Shown: one piece after another, positions 1 to 14,345 of the stretch
Position numbering within the stretch: the stretch's first letter is position 1
Layout of the letters: each line of letters opens with the position of its first letter
Source of the DNA: Rhodosorus marinus CCMP1338
Lineage: Eukaryota > Plantae > Rhodophyta
DNA length: 64,000 bases
Direction: 5' to 3'
Assembly: GCA_029953675.1 (NCBI GenBank)
Contig: JAMWBK010000007.1
Coordinates: forward strand, 2,148,800 to 2,212,799
Translations under genes and position numbers: made by a program
The notes under the pieces: model-generated
Databases searched by the model: none
What the model was told of the DNA's origin: nothing
The model's input: only the letters and a program-made list of their open reading frames with translations

Positions 1-2145
1 AATCTATTAAGCCAATAGAAGGTCCAGCAAAGAAGATTAGGCTTGCGAAAGTGGCGTCTAATATTTACGTAAACAGACTAGGAGCAGAAAAGCTGGTCGA
101 GCAAAAAGCGGAGTATGCAACCGAGGAGAAACAAACGGATGCACAGGATTCTCATCCTGTTGAGATCTCGAAAGAGAAGAACAGATGGTCCGAAGCAAAG
201 GTGAGTTGCGAGGTGGTGGCTTTCGATTTCGTCCAGCACGCATCGGGCGCACTTCCTCGTATCTCTGGCTGGTCTTAACATGAAAATCTGGTCCATGTAA
301 GATGCAGGATGAAGGTACCACATCCGGAGAACGCAAAGGCGAACAGACGCATAGAGAGACTCCTGTAGTTGCCGAAGATGAAGTGCAGAGCCCTCACCTT
401 GAGACTAGTCAGGATAATAGACAAACCGTCAGTGAAGTAGTAGCGGAACGGAGTGGCGAGCGAGATGAAGACGAGAATTTCGATGGGAGCATTAGCCGCG
501 CAGCTCCTTCTACGCTTGAATCTGGGACTGCTCACAACAACACGGATTCAGGACAGGGGACTGGAGGAGTCAACGACTGCTCGCGAACGTAAGCATCTCC
601 GATATGGGAGACCTTGGGGAGCAGCCATGATTCGGAACTGAATTGTCAAACTTCCTTCGGAACCCTTTGTTATTTTTCTTGCGCCAAGGCTCGGAGAAGT
701 GAGTGAACGAAAATCATGTGACGTCACAGAGACGCAAAGATCGTAAGTAGCTAAAACTGCCTTTGGACGCGGGACTGAGTTGAGGTACATGCTTTCTCAT
801 TTGTTTTTGAACCGCGGTCTTTTTTCAAACCTATTTCTGCCCTCAGCAATGAGGAGAGAGGTGAATCTACTCCGACACGAGTCTTGGACTTTGAAGCAGA
901 AGCTGACGATCACGAGGGACACGAAGGCTCACCATCTGTGAAGACACCATCGCGCCTGGCAAACCTGGTCACGACGATGACATCATTTCTACCGGTGCTT
1001 GGAGGTAGCAACAATCCGCAAGATGGGGCCACGAGCTCAGAAACTGAGAAGCTTGAGATGGCGACTACGAAGAGAAAGGAGCTTGAGAAGCGCGAGGAAG
1101 AGCTTGCAGAAAAGAGGAAAGCAGCTGCTGCAGCCAAGATGAGGGAACATGAAGAGAGACAGAAGCGAGCTGAGATGAAGCGAAGAAAACTCGCAGAACT
1201 AGTAAAGCAAAAAGAGCTTGAGAGAAGAAAAAAGGAAGAGGAGAGACATAAACGTCTGAAGGAACAGGAGCTGGCCAAAAAGAAGCAACGTGAAGATGAG
1301 GTATTGTGGGATTTCTGCACCTCGAATAACTAAATGCAGCCGAGCTGATTATGCTCCTATATCTGAATCAATCCAGGAGGTGCGACGAGAGGAGAGGAGG
1401 AAAAGAATTGAGGAGCACAAACGCAAGCTCGCTGAACAAGAAGAGGCCCGAAGACGAGAGCTTGAACTGCGGCTCGCGTCGAGTAAATACGAAGCTTCTA
1501 TGGCTCAAGCTCGAGATGCTGCGCTGATGCCTCCTCCCAAGTCGATCCCGTCCAAGCATACACCTCAAGCGAAGAACAAGGCAACCGAGGAGGAACTTTC
1601 GAGCTACCAAATGACGACGGAAAAGAATGACAACGATGAGGACAGTACTGACGAGGAATCTAGTACGAGGAATAACAAGAAGATTCCAGTTTGGGCCAGA
1701 CAACCTCATCTCAACCGGGCGCTTGAAGACCAGGATAAGGTATGTCGAACCCAACACTAATCAGTCTCGCCCGGACAGCACGAACCTTGTAGAAATTCGA
1801 GTTGTTCCCCTGGGTAAGACTCTGATCAAGATTCATTGCTTCGTGCTTGTCAGGCGCTTCGAGACCCTGATACCATATTTCCGAGAACCAGCGCTACATG
1901 TGACCTGGAGGAAGTTTTTGCTGAGGAGAAGAAGAAGAAGAAGAGATATAGGTATGATCAGAGCTCACATTGCCTGTTCACAATGTTCCCTCTACTCCTA
2001 TCCCAGTCGCCCGGCTGATTGCTTACAACGGAGTTTGATCGCATGTGCTTCGCACAGAACAAGAGGCAGCTCATCGAACTGGGTCAGGGACCGGCTCACT
2101 TGGAAGGAGGAAATGGACTATAAGAAAGCTGTCGGTCTGATGTGA
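1..2145 (+). CDS. INCENP: Inner centromere protein (INCENP), 3' part, multi-exon; start lies upstream of the window
   Basis: Charged E/K/R helical region (884-1760) followed by an IN-box/ARK-binding motif split over exons: IPVWARQPHLNRALEDQDK / DPDTIFPRTSATCDLEEVF / RGSSSNWVRDRLTWKEEMDYKKAVGLM*. GT..AG introns join the exons. Confidence 0.8.
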
Positions 2146-3765
2146 ACTCTTATAAATAATTATCCTTAAGAAAATTCATCTTGTTTTTGTCATGAGGGTC
2201 TTCCCTTCGCGGTCTTCGGCTGTCTCGGGAAAAACAGTTATACTCCTGCCGTGGTTTGGTTCTTGAATACGCTTCATTCGTATTCGCCTATTATGGCAGA
2301 GGAACCCTGGTTATCGTCCATGAGGTCTAGACCACAAGCCAAGAACGCTCTTGGAATTCCTTCCACTGTGCTGCCACTCGGCGAGACCTCTGGAGTCCTT
2401 GAAGGCTGGTCTACGGCTGGCCTTCAACGGAGATTTCCATCTGATGCGCAAATGCCACATGCACAATGTGAGATGATTGACTTGACAACAAAACGGGGAC
2501 CATCATTCATGTTGTCCCGCTCTGACTTGACGTTCCCGATTTTGTAAGATGGGGACATATGTCCCGCTTGAAGCAGTAAATCTTGTGCTACTCTGACTAT
2601 CCTGGATCATCTGTTTCCCCCTGGCCATGGCAATAAGCGGTGGTTGTGCTCAATAATCGTCAATTTCTTGGAGAGGTTTGGTCGCTGGATGGCTGTATAA
2701 TGGGTTGCTGATCGAACAGTGTTGAAAGCAGTTAATTCTTGGAACTCTGATAGTTTGCAAGACTTGTGCCACTGACGACTAGTATTTTCCTTTCGAGTTG
2801 AATTTCCGGCGAGAATGCCGTACCGATTAGTCTTGTGAAGTGTTCACGGGCGCTATGGTATTGGTGATATTTGCCCCCGCCCATTGAAGCAAGCCTTGAT
2901 CGAAGCTCAGAATCAAGGAATCCTGTCTAAGACCCGGTCACGGACCAATCGAAGCCGCAATTGGGCTTTGCTCGATCGTGTGAGCGTAGACCTTGTACAT
3001 TGCCTCCAGAGCTGTGGAGTTCTACTAGAGTTAGTGTGCCTCATCGCGGACTGAATCGCGAAAAAATCTGAAGCACCAGCGCTCAATGGGAGAAGAGGAG
3101 GCCGACAGTAGGGAAATAGTTCAGCTGCTATTTGTTTAAAAACCTGGAGGTCCTTAAGACCTACACGCAGTAGGCGCGTCAATTTTCGGCAGGAAAACTC
3201 GGCTAAATGAGCTCAGCTGGACGCGTCCAGCTGAAACTCGAGCCTTGTTGCTCTCCTAACTATCAGAAGATCCGGTCGATAGATTGTCCACATATCACTA
3301 ACTTGTCTTAAATTTAGTCATTCGATTCTCTAATTAGTGCGCTAATTTAACGCCTACAATTGATACTCATGAATTAGTATATGTTGGAGAAACATATATC
3401 TTAATCATAAATCCAACAGTATTTCATGCGTAGAATGTTAGAAAAACATGACCTCCGTTTTATTTCTCCAAACTTCGGTGCCTACGCCGTTAGTAAACGG
3501 CCAACATAGAGAAACGTCTTTGTTTTAGAGAGATACTCTTTATATTTGGTATGTTATGGTAAAGTAATTTGCATGTTTTTGTTTATACTTGACGTGGCTT
3601 CACGCAGTGTTTCGACTGCGAGGCACTGAAGCTGGTGATTGATGGTGTACTGTTCTGCGTGTGGTAGGACATGGCTCTTCTTGGCTCTTGAAAGGTATAA
3701 AGTGTCCGAGGTCAAGAGCAAAGGAAGTTCAAGGGTCATTTTGGTCTAGCAAAGGAGCATCTGGA

Positions 3766-5275
3766 ATGGGAGGGGGCTCTAGCGAAGGGATCTTGGAAGC
3801 GGGGGGGGTTGTTATGACCCCCCGTACTGGAAAGCGAGCATGGAACCGGGAGAGACTAAGGCGCATGAATAAGCCGCCGATAAGGGTAGTGGTTGTGCTT
3901 TTCGCCATTTGCGTAATAGCTTATCGAACTCTGTGAGTAGCTGCGTTTTTCTGCTTCTGTTGGGGGGCCCTCGCGTATTGCTGACTGGTTCCGAGGCTTT
4001 TTTTCTTTTGGGGGCCTTAGCTGGTCGACAGGCACCATGATCACTTCATTTTATGAAGCGTCAGACCCGAGCAACACTTCCCATTTAGGAACCGAAGCGG
4101 AAGAATTCAAAGGGATAAACTTGGCAGACCACAAAGCGGACTACGAGGACTATCAGCACGAGCACAAAACTCCCCAGTCCCCTCACGAAGGCGGTTACGG
4201 GTACAACATGGAGACACTTGTTGACGAGGATGATGAATACTATGACGAGAACGATGAAGACGATGATATCGATCGGGACCCTTACTACGATGAGCAAGGT
4301 GAAGAAGGCGAAGAAGAAGAAGACGAAGATGATACTGCAGCTGAGGAAGATGATGCGGATGCGGTGGACTCGGGATACTACGGTGATTCGCAGGACAAAG
4401 AGGAGGCTGAGGGAGGTGACAAATATGGGGAGTACGACGGCGAGTCTGAGAACGTACAAACGGGACTGGATATTGAGGTGTCAAATGACGGGGCCGCTGG
4501 TGATTTCGCTGTTGCCAGCGTGAATGATTCTGCCGGGCACGAAGACGGACACGATGAGTCTTATGGTGAACACGAGGACGAAGAGTCTTATGGTGAAGCC
4601 GAGGACAAGGAGTCTTATGGTGAAGACGAGGACGATGAGTCAGAAGATAATGCAGGCATCGGGGATGGTGAGGATGGCTTGGAAGGAGACGAAGGGGATG
4701 GAGACGAAGGGGAAGAATATGAAGGTGAAGAAGATGAAGTTGAAGAAGATGAAGGGGAAGCAGATGAAGGCGGAGAAGATAGAGGGGAAGAAGATGAAGG
4801 GGAAGAAGATGAAGGGGAAGAAGATGAAGGGGAAGAAGATGAAGGGGAACAAGATGAAGGGGAAGAAGATGAAGGGGAACAAGATGAAGGGGAAGAAGAT
4901 GAAGGGGAAGAAGAGGAAGGGGAACAAGATGAAGGGGAACAAGATGAAGGGGAAGAAGATGAAGGGGAACAAGATGAAGGGGAACAAGATGAAGGGAACG
5001 AAGATCAAGGGGAAGACGACAATATCGATTCTGCGGAAGATGGTTATGCAGTAGACAAAGATGAACCTCCAGTCGACGTTGTAGCGGCCGGCCATCAAAA
5101 GCAGGAAGCTGATGCGGGCATGGGTGCAAACGCTATGGGAGCCAATACCGAAGCTGTGGAAGTCGAAAGTGAGGGTGGTATTGTGGATGGTGGGCTAGTC
5201 CCCAGCTACGATGCAGGAAGAAACACAGGAAACACAGCGTTTACTTCAACGGACGTGCATGCAGGCGTGGTCTAA
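3766..5275 (+). CDS. Type II membrane protein with a very long acidic (D/E-rich) region
   Basis: Exon 1 encodes basic residues then a hydrophobic segment (IRVVVVLFAICVIAYRTL). Intron 3933-4020 (gtgagt...ttag) joins it in frame to the 412-aa acidic ORF 4037-5275. Further 3' exons cannot be excluded. Confidence 0.6.
4784..5014 (+). repeat. Coding 15-bp tandem repeat (GGGGAA[G/C]AAGATGAA), about 15 units, encoding GE(E/Q)DE
   Basis: Directly visible tandem array inside the acidic ORF. Confidence 0.95.
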
Positions 5276-8200
5276 GCAAAGTCTTTCTGGTGCTACCGAT
5301 TTGCTTTTGCAGGGTCCTCATCCAGTATGATCGTGTCTCGCTTTCGCATGGGCTAAGTAGATTGTTATTGATGCAGTATTCGAGCTCGACGACAACGAGC
5401 CCCGCCATCTTTGTTCTTGGCATCGTTTGGAAAGCTGACAACTGTCCTGTGGACATACGGGACTCGGAACTTAGGCCGAACAACTTCTGTGGCAGCGTAT
5501 TGTATTGATGAACAGATCCTTGACGGATAACCACACCTAAATAAATCTTTGACTGCTTGTGAGGTAGCAGTGTCCAAACTAGTATGAAACGCTTAGTAGT
5601 CCCTTCACTTGAGCTACAGAGTGGGGCGCCATTGGTCCTCAAGGAAGGCAAATTTGGCTAGGCCAAGCAAACCGCAGGCCGGGTTGTATTGTCTGGTTTC
5701 ACATAGGGCTATGAAGTTTCCCCATGCACTCGCCGGACTACGGCAGCAAAGCCACCTGCACATGCGCAGGAATTCTAGGCGAGATCTTTCAAGGCTGTCA
5801 GCTTTGCGGTCTCTCTAAAAGGATAACGAAATGTGTCCATCCAAAGGCTGTTTTTTTAAAAGGCGCCTGAAACAGCAACATCGACAACAAGACAGGCGTG
5901 AGGTGATCACAGTTTGGTTGAGCAATGACATATTAGGGCATTCTTGGTGTAGCTTCCTCAAATTTGTTGAAGCTATTTTGTAAGGTTGTACTTTCAGGAC
6001 TTGCTATATACCTACGTGAGCGCGTGAAGGGCTAGATTCCATCTTCTCAATTCCCGTCACTTCGCTCGTCGACATGCGCAGGGATTTCTGGAATAACTGG
6101 GTGAAAAAGTCTTCATAGTACGTCAGTTATTTCATTCGCGCAATAGCGACGTAGGAAGAAGTGCATGCTCCGATCTGATACAGTGATGGTTCGATATTTC
6201 AGCAAAGAAAAAGGCAACCCACATTCTAATCTGAGGTATACAGTTTCAAAGAACTGGAGAGGACTGTATGAGATTCGACTGTGTGCCCGAAGCTCCTATC
6301 GCCTTATTTTCAAGCCGCGCATCCACATCATAATATTCCCGTGAATTGCCCTGGTGGCGTCGGTATCTACAACACAAACCTAGTTAGGGCGCAGAGAGCG
6401 CGTCCCCAAGGCAGCGTTACAATACCAGAGAGTCAGACTCAAAGAAGCATATAGTCCTAAAAGAGCATCAGCGGGGTCGGTCACCGTAACACTCACGAAA
6501 CCAAGCACTCCCGGGCAAAAGAAGAACTCGGCGTGTGATCCGAAGACCACCCACGATCCCTTTCCAGCCGCTTGTCGGAACATACCCTCGATTGAAATTA
6601 AAAATAATTTCGCCTCTGTAAACATTTCCTACGAAATCTTCAATAAACAAGTCAACTCCTGATTCGGGCGGCGTATCAAATCAATACCCACAGCACAGCA
6701 CGCAGAGGCAATGTTCACTCTCGTTTCGGGACTCAGCGTATTGGTATGAGTTTGTTCCACTCATTTTCGAGTGCTTCGGTCAGTCGATAGTGTAGGTTTT
6801 CATTGGCTTCGTGTACTCTTTCGTAACGACCCAGCCCGTCTTGTTAGGCTCCTCCGGAGCTGTCTTTGACTCTCCGGCGGTCGAACGCTACGCGTTGTCG
6901 GGTGCGCGTCATCAGCAGGTTCTTTCCCACATCTCAGTGTAGTTAGTCTCTTAAGCGGGCGTGATTGTAATAAATATAAGTTGCAACTTCCGAATACCAT
7001 CAGTTACCCTTCGCCGTGATATAGGCGCATAAACTTGTGGGGGGGGGCCGGGGGGGTAGATTTATGTGAAAGCTACACTAAACAATGAAAAACTGATCGG
7101 ACAACTGTGCCCCTGTCAATAATTTTTCCCTGCATTATACTATGCAAGATGAACTTTCGGGTTTTTGGAAATCTGTCCTTCTGGTTTAGCTCAGTGTAAC
7201 GATTCATCAGGACGTCACACTCAGTCACGCTGGTTTAGCTAGTGCTCTAATCAGACTAACTCAGAATCGCAGCGTTTCGTGGTTGCTTTATTTTGTGTGA
7301 GTACTTCTTTGCGACTGGAAGTAAAAACTTCATTCCAGCTCTTTAGGTCTTTAGAAGTCTCTAGTAACTCCCTCAGTCTCTGCATCAACGGAGACCTCTT
7401 GAACTACTCAATAGGCTCATGTTCATCAATACGGTCAGCTTCAATGCGCGGGTACTCATATAGGTCTGCACGCACTCACCTGCAGCTGGTTTCTCTCAAT
7501 ATACAAGAGTTTTTCAACTTTTCTGAATCCAAGCCATTTCGCTTCGAATCAGTGAAGGGCATCTGCGATTGATCCGCGCGTATCAGTCGTTGAGGGTGAC
7601 GCGGGTGGAGTCTAGCGTAGCAAATCTTGTACTGGGCTGAGGATCAACTTCATCTAAAACTTTCACCGCACTCAGCGGGAAACTTCGAGAATCGAAGTCG
7701 ATCGTTTGCATGACATCAGTCCTCTGATGGTCTGGACAGATAACGTCAACCCAACGTCAAAATGAAGGAAAAAGTCAAGATCTCTGTCGGAGGTCGCGTC
7801 AACAACCCACATTGACGAAATCGTTTCGGAATCCCGGTTTTTCACGGTTAAGCCGATAAGCTGCATGGTAAAAACCCGCATAGTCGCAGCCAACAACTGC
7901 AACTTGTATTTGCTGCTTCTGATTCTAGCTTTGTTATAGGCAACTCGATTCCCTAAAAATAATGGTAAGATCTGCGACGTCCTATATTCCCTTAGGCCTG
8001 GCAAGTCTTGGCTCGCCCTTTGAAAGAAGATATTTTAATTGTAGTTGTCCTTGAAAGAAATCCAATACAAGTAAACATGAAAGCGATGGTCACTAGGGGG
8101 GGGGAACGGGGGGGTGGCCATAGACCCCTCCCGCTTTCTTGAATCGATGTGTACATTCTCCTATTTGAATATTGAAAACGAGGAGGTGGGAACCTATTCG

Positions 8201-9394
8201 AATACGATGTTTGTACATTTTTCTAGATACTTTCAAATAAATCGAATATATGTTTTAGAGTTTCCTGTCGTATGTATCCAACTTGTGTCCCGCAAATGCA
8301 TTTCAACACAGAACCCAGATCTGGTTGCCGTTAAAAGACCTCCTCGACCTGGTTCCTTAACCACTCTCCTGACTCTACCAGCTTGAGCTACTTGCAGTGC
8401 TAGGATGCTACGTCATGGAGACCATGAAGAGAAAATAAGGAGTCATCAATACGTTTGAAACTACTCAGACAATCCCGCGCCGGAGTAGTCAGTTAAGGGA
8501 GACCCACCGGACCTCGAGAATGGTCTCTTGGACATGCCGTTATGAGCAGCATACATGAGCTCGTTGCGCATCGATTAACGGTTTTTGAAAATCAGGAAAA
8601 CTGATCAGGTCAAAAAATTCTCCCCAGTCTAGGGGGAATTTTTTTTGATCGTTCGTTTTGATGCGTATTTTGCATCAACTCCTTTGGTATACGTCCTGAA
8701 GAACCAAAATAGATTATCAATGGAATTCTAATTAGCGTGGAGGCTAGGGTCTTCTGCGTCGGAAAGCAGTGCGAACAGGCGCTTTTGATAAAAAACGGGA
8801 TCGTCCGCGCATACAGTTGCCCCAGGTCGGAGCTTATATATTGCACTGGTTCTGGGTGGAGCCTCAACCGGTTGTAAATTGGGAGTGCTTCTTGTCTGTT
8901 GTATATGGGAAAGGGAGGCCAATTTGAAGGGTGTTGGCGTGGACTGCGCAGATGATCCGACGTACTTCGCGGAGGCAAAACGTTGAAGATGGTGCAGGAG
9001 AAATGGCCAGATGATACAATTGTAGCTGGGCATGTGGATGAGATGAAGTGCGAAGGGTTGATTGCAGGGAGAATTCGATTGCTTTCTGTTGAGCTGAAGC
9101 AACTGTGCGCGTAGCTGGTTTGCTCTTGAGGACCCCTCTTCGTGCAAGTGGTGAGTTTTGGAGTAGCGAAAGCGTTCTTCGCTACCTCGGGGATGTGGTC
9201 GTGCTTTCTTGACAAGGATGTGGAATTGATGAGCTGGTTGGATTCGGAGACGTTTTGGGCTGGAAGCCGTTGTTAGAAACGAGGTCGGAAGTGTTCTCGT
9301 GTGTAGGTAGGCTCACATGCGGTTAATGTGGCAAGGGAAGGTCGCCTGAGGATTTTCCAGTTATCATGGCCGTGGTGAATCGTTCTGGACTGGA

Positions 9395-11815
9395 GTGAAC
9401 TTGTTTTCGGAAGCTTGGGAAGGTGGCCTCGGGCTAGGCTCGTATAGGCTTTTGCGGTTAATGGCCGAGCTGATCGCTGCATTTCAGAGCATGATCCTGG
9501 CTCTGAGAGACAGACTCGCGGATGTAGTTGGTGTTGTGTTTCCGGCCTTTCAGATGCCGGAAGACTTTGTCCGCGAGCTGGATGAAGCGGCAAGGGACTA
9601 TCATCGGGATAACTCGGAGGCTCAATTGCGCGCACTATTGAAGGCTGTTGAGAATGGAAATGGTCGTTTAGGAAATCTGCTAGAGGCCTTGTCCGACCTG
9701 AGGGAATCCATTTCCCACGTGTTGGCCGTTAAGGTATTCACTGTGCTTAGTCACCCTAGGGTGATGTTGGAGATGGTCCAATTGTTGATGAAGAAAGAGG
9801 AAACCCGTCCTGAAGAGACGGACCTCCGCTTGCGATACGCTCACACATATGTCGCGGCAACAATTTTGAAAAGTGGCTCCCCAGAACTCCGCGAACTTGC
9901 TGTGAATCACAGCGGAGTAATGTGCGTCTTGCTAGGCCACTTTAAGAAGCCAATGCCTTTGGATCCTCTGATAACGGAGAAGGTTTCCCTCCTAATCAGC
10001 TCATTTTCCAGCGACTTCCCCTTCGACCTGTTGGAGCACGTAGAGGGAAAAGGCTTCATTCGATCAGCGGCGGTCCATATCTCAAACCCCAGCGTGGCTG
10101 AAATGATTGGCCAACTATTTGTTGGCAGTGGCGGGGTGGAACAGACAAGTCTGCCCGTGAACGGTTTCATGCAATTCTTCTTCGAGGAGAAAGTATACGA
10201 CGTTCTCGTGGATCGGTTCCTTGCAGCTTCCGAGTGCGAGAGTCTACTGAACCGTGACAACCGACCCGATGGTCTATGTCTGCAGGAGCAGGAAAATTCG
10301 CTCTCGGCTATGCATTCCATTATCAAGAGGGTAGCTCCTCTGTTCAATGAAGGTGACTTCTACAGCTCGGGAGATATTCGGGACGCGTTTGATTACATGC
10401 AGTTTGTGCAGAATGAGCAGCACCTGAACAGAATATTCGATACAGCGATAGAGCTTGGGGAGCGGTTTGCAGACTCGTCAGCCCTTACCGCGGCCATGCG
10501 CTTCGGATCGGATCTATTGGAAGTGTTCTCGTCTGGTACTTCGGGCACAGCGGCAAACAGCATCAACAAAGACGATTCGCTGTTTGCGAATTCTGTCAGA
10601 GACAGCTGGCACCCACAGGATGATGACACAACGGATGGTGATGGTGGCGGTTTCGGCACATTGAAGAGCGAGATGGGAAGGCCAGAGCCTAGTGGGAGCC
10701 AAACTCAGAAAAAGAGTTCGTACGAAGCCGTACTCATCCCAAGATTCGCTGGCCTGAGTCGTATTCTTGAGAGACACATTGCCGCGACTCGTCAGAGCAT
10801 TTCGAACAAGAATCCGTATCGCCTGGGGTCAACAGTCCTAGAAGTTGTGACCTTTCTCGGGGTCTGCTTCCAAGCACGGAATAGGGTAGGAACCAAAATC
10901 TCGGAAGTTCGAAGCTGAATTTTATAAATCGGCTAGCACCGACGCTCACACTTTCTTTCTTGTTTTCCTCTGTGTGATAAATCAGGACGTACGGAATGAA
11001 TTGTTTCGCCTTGGGATTCATGCTCAGCTCTACGATATGCTTGCACTGCATGAGGACAGCTCGATGTTGCACCAAACTGTGGAGGTTACAGTCGAGTTCG
11101 GCCTTTTAAACGACCCTAAGCTGGGAAGGATTGTGTGGCTGAAGGAATTCCGTCTAGCGGAGAAGCTTTTGTCCTTTTGGGAATCCTCCGTAAGTAGAGC
11201 CTCCTCATTCTGGCTTTTCGAGGGCAGTGCTAAAACTGCATGCAGTTTGAGAGTGCTTGCGAATGGAATCAACCAGCAGGGTGCTCCGTTTGCCTCTCCG
11301 ATGCTACAGAAGGACTTTCCCAATCTAGCGGGTTATAGTAGGAGTACTCTGTTTCTTTGGATTCTTTGTCGACAACCAAGACCGCGTTTCGTTTGCTGTG
11401 GTAGAGCGGCATGCTAACTCTGTCCCGTTCGTCTGTTTGGTCCGCTCAGTGTGTTAATATAACCGGAAGATGGTCCACGCGATTAAGTACTGCTGTGCAA
11501 ATGCTCTACTATGTATTGGAGATAGAGCATCGAAACGGAGGAGACAGTTCGGAGGTAAAGGGACTGCTAGGGGAGGAAACGTATGATCGGTTTGTACAGT
11601 ACTATGAAAATGAGTTGTCTGAGATTCTCAGAATTGAGAATCAAGTGATTGGTGGAAGCATTCCCCGGCAAGGTCACAACGGATTTCATAGTTTGAGCGA
11701 TTTTAGACATGCTCATATTGACGAGTTCGTTGATAGTGATGACGAAGAAGATACTTTTTCCAAGAGAAGGTCGTCGAGTCGCATTAGGAACAGAGCGCCT
11801 AACGTTGAATTGTGA
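9395..11815 (+). CDS. SIT4-associated / PP6 regulatory subunit (SAPS-family)-like protein, multi-exon, start uncertain
   Basis: 507-aa ORF plus downstream exons. Segments resemble the SAPS C-terminal blocks (RLGSTVLEVVTFL; LYDMLALHEDSSMLHQTVEVTV; YDRFVQYYENELSEILRIENQVIGGSIP) and are followed by an acidic DSDDEED tail. Confidence 0.6.
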
Positions 11816-12291
11816 TGGGGGTGGCCAGACGATTTTCTTTGGCAGTTTAGAGACTCCGGCTATTGGGAAAGCAAGCGCGAAGGTGGGGCGCCGACTCCGC
11901 GCTTCCTATATCATATTTATATCACTTTCTTTTGAGGACAAACTCGTTCTTGGCGGCGGCTATATTCCTAACGTACTCTGGAACCTTTAAAGGTGATAAC
12001 TTGTAGTTACCGCTGCTCTCGATCGCTTATGACACAACCATGCGCGTGAGGATGAGGCAGGAGAGTATTGCATGAACTGTACGGGGACAACGAGCCCTCC
12101 CGGCTCTGATTGGATTCCTTGCCTGTTTCGAAGCTTGTATAAAGGATGTTATCGGTGTAAAGGGCTGAGAGGACTGAGAGGACGCATATGCGCACGCTAC
12201 CATCGTCAACTACTGGCGGACGGACAAGCAAACTTGATCATTTCATCATCATCGTTTTATCCCTGCTTGGCTGTGGTAGTCGTCAGGATGT

Positions 12292-13592
12292 TTGCAAGGT
12301 TTCTTAGTAGCAGTTGCTTTGGCTGTCGTTCAGGAGTTCTGTGGTGCTAGGAGTATGAGACATTTCAGTCCCTGCATCTTGGAACGTCCAGATCAGATTT
12401 TCAGTAATCCACCACACCCATGGACCTTCAAGCGTTTGGACTTTGTTCCAGATGTGCCCCAAGAGCAAAACTCTACCGCCGGCAGGGGAGCCGTGTTTGC
12501 AGTGATCTATTGCATCCACGGAACTGCAAGCGTTGGTACTTGGTTCGTAACGGAAGTGTTCAAAAAGCATAACTCTAGCACAGGAATCCATGTGCTTGTG
12601 GGAAACTAGGTTCCCGATCCACCACCCTCAACTGTGATCTCCTAAGCAGTAAACGGGCTCAGCAGATTCATAGGGCAAGGCTTGACGAGCGGGCCGTTGC
12701 TGGATGTCGGATGGCCTTGTTCGTGGTTACGGAATTGGATGAACGCAAAGAGACCCTTACAATTATCGTACGAAAGTCGGTAGTTCGACGGGATAGCTTA
12801 GCACGACGTCTCCGATTCTTTAAACGTGTCCAACTCAGTTTCAGAGCGTCTGCATCCACCCCTTGAAGGAGTCAGACTCGCTGGTTTGTTGCTAGATGAA
12901 CAAGAAAGGCCTAGCCGCATCGCCAATTCTGAACCCTGTTGGGGCCCCAAGCGCCTTATTTCAACCCTTGGGAAAGTGTTTGTCGATATACGATAGGGAC
13001 CAAGGTCACCTTTGTTAGGATGCCAGCTGAGGAGCTGAATGTGAACAGAGTCATCAATGGGCTTACAGTGATACTCCGGAACGGGAAAGCATTCCCAGGC
13101 GAGGGCAATGGGCGAGTTTATGGATGACTTTCCGGTCCATGAAATCGACTTCCGGAGAAGCCTTAGTGCAGACTCGCATTTCAGCTGTAATCAACGTGGG
13201 TAGGACAAGGAAGCGAACAAATTTCAACGCGTTCAAAACACTATCGCAGCGCAGGATGTCTCTTAAACTATTAGATTCGTTCGCGAAGAAATTTTTTCTT
13301 GAGAGAGATCGTGTCTACTGGATTGTAGGTGTTCGTCCAAGGCATCGCCCAGCCACGAAGTCCCGTTTTTTTAACTCCGGCCAGGTCAGGGGAAACTCGT
13401 TTCATGTATTGGGGCCCTCAGCATGAGCCCTCAACTGAAGTGATGGGTTGCACCGATAACAAGCGTCCAAGTAGTGTTCATGAGGACTTTGGTGAACAAT
13501 CTATCAACTGTGCGCCCAACCATTCGAACGAGCTTACAATTTTGAAAAACTACACTGCTAGATTGATGGAGGGTCGATTCCCCCAAAAGTGA
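12292..13592 (+). pseudogene. Possible decayed secreted-protein gene
   Basis: Signal-peptide-like start (MQGFLVAVALAVVQEFCGA) followed by protein-like sequence broken by many stops; no recognisable family. Confidence 0.2.
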
Positions 13593-14345
13593 AAGAGGGA
13601 TGAGTTCACCCCCAAAAAGGCACTCAGCCGTTTGAGCATGCACAGAGGCCTTGTGCTCCGTGCTTCTTGAGCACGAGGAACAAGTCATTTCCTGAGGTCG
13701 AGGGTGGGTTTTCTTAAGATTGAGAACGTGGTCAAGCCATTGTGATTTCTCACCTAGGAATGCGATGCTGCGGTGAGGGGTACTGACATATAGCTGCATC
13801 GGGGTTGGTTGACGCAGTTGAGCACAGCCTTTCTCTATTCAACTTAGAAAGAAATCGAGCTTTTCAACAAATAGATTTTTTTCCTTTCCTCTTCCTTGAA
13901 CGAAACGCAAGATTGAAAAACGATCACCACCTGCTTTGGGCTCGGTTGGTCATCCAAGGCTACTACCTGTCGGTTTGAACCCACCCAAATAAACGATATG
14001 GGTGTCGACAGTTCGCTAGTAGATTCTCCCGCCCCAGGATACCCCCCCACCCCCGTTCTCTTTTACGCTCACATGAAACCGCACGCCTATTTTCATTCGC
14101 AGTTCGTTATACGGTCCGGTACGACCTCTTCAAATTATTTGGAAAAACATCAAATCCGAACACCATATAACAATATGTGATATGATGCTAATTCATGGTT
14201 CGCAAATTAGACCCTTACGCGTGTCTCCGTTCTAGTTGGATTGCAGGGAAGTACTAAATATTTAAGATAGTGTTCGCCAAGAAGCATAATTGATGCGCAT
14301 CTACGGTCTCCCAAAATCACTATGAGAAAGGGTGATACATTGTTT

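Noticed and set aside
2190-3180. Possible Gypsy chromodomain or integrase relic on the minus strand (FVVKSIISH, LRIRWKS)
   Set aside because: Only short, frame-split resemblances with no RT or integrase core motifs
4085-5129. Long alternative-frame and antisense ORFs (PLHL, FPFI and MKGKK repeats)
   Set aside because: Shadow frames of the 15-bp coding repeat
5900-8400. Short ORFs and G-runs suggesting a decayed transposon
   Set aside because: No diagnostic motif, TIR pair or TSD could be identified
8610-9215. 201-aa minus-strand ORF
   Set aside because: No domain; overlaps the probable 5' region of the SAPS gene on the opposite strand
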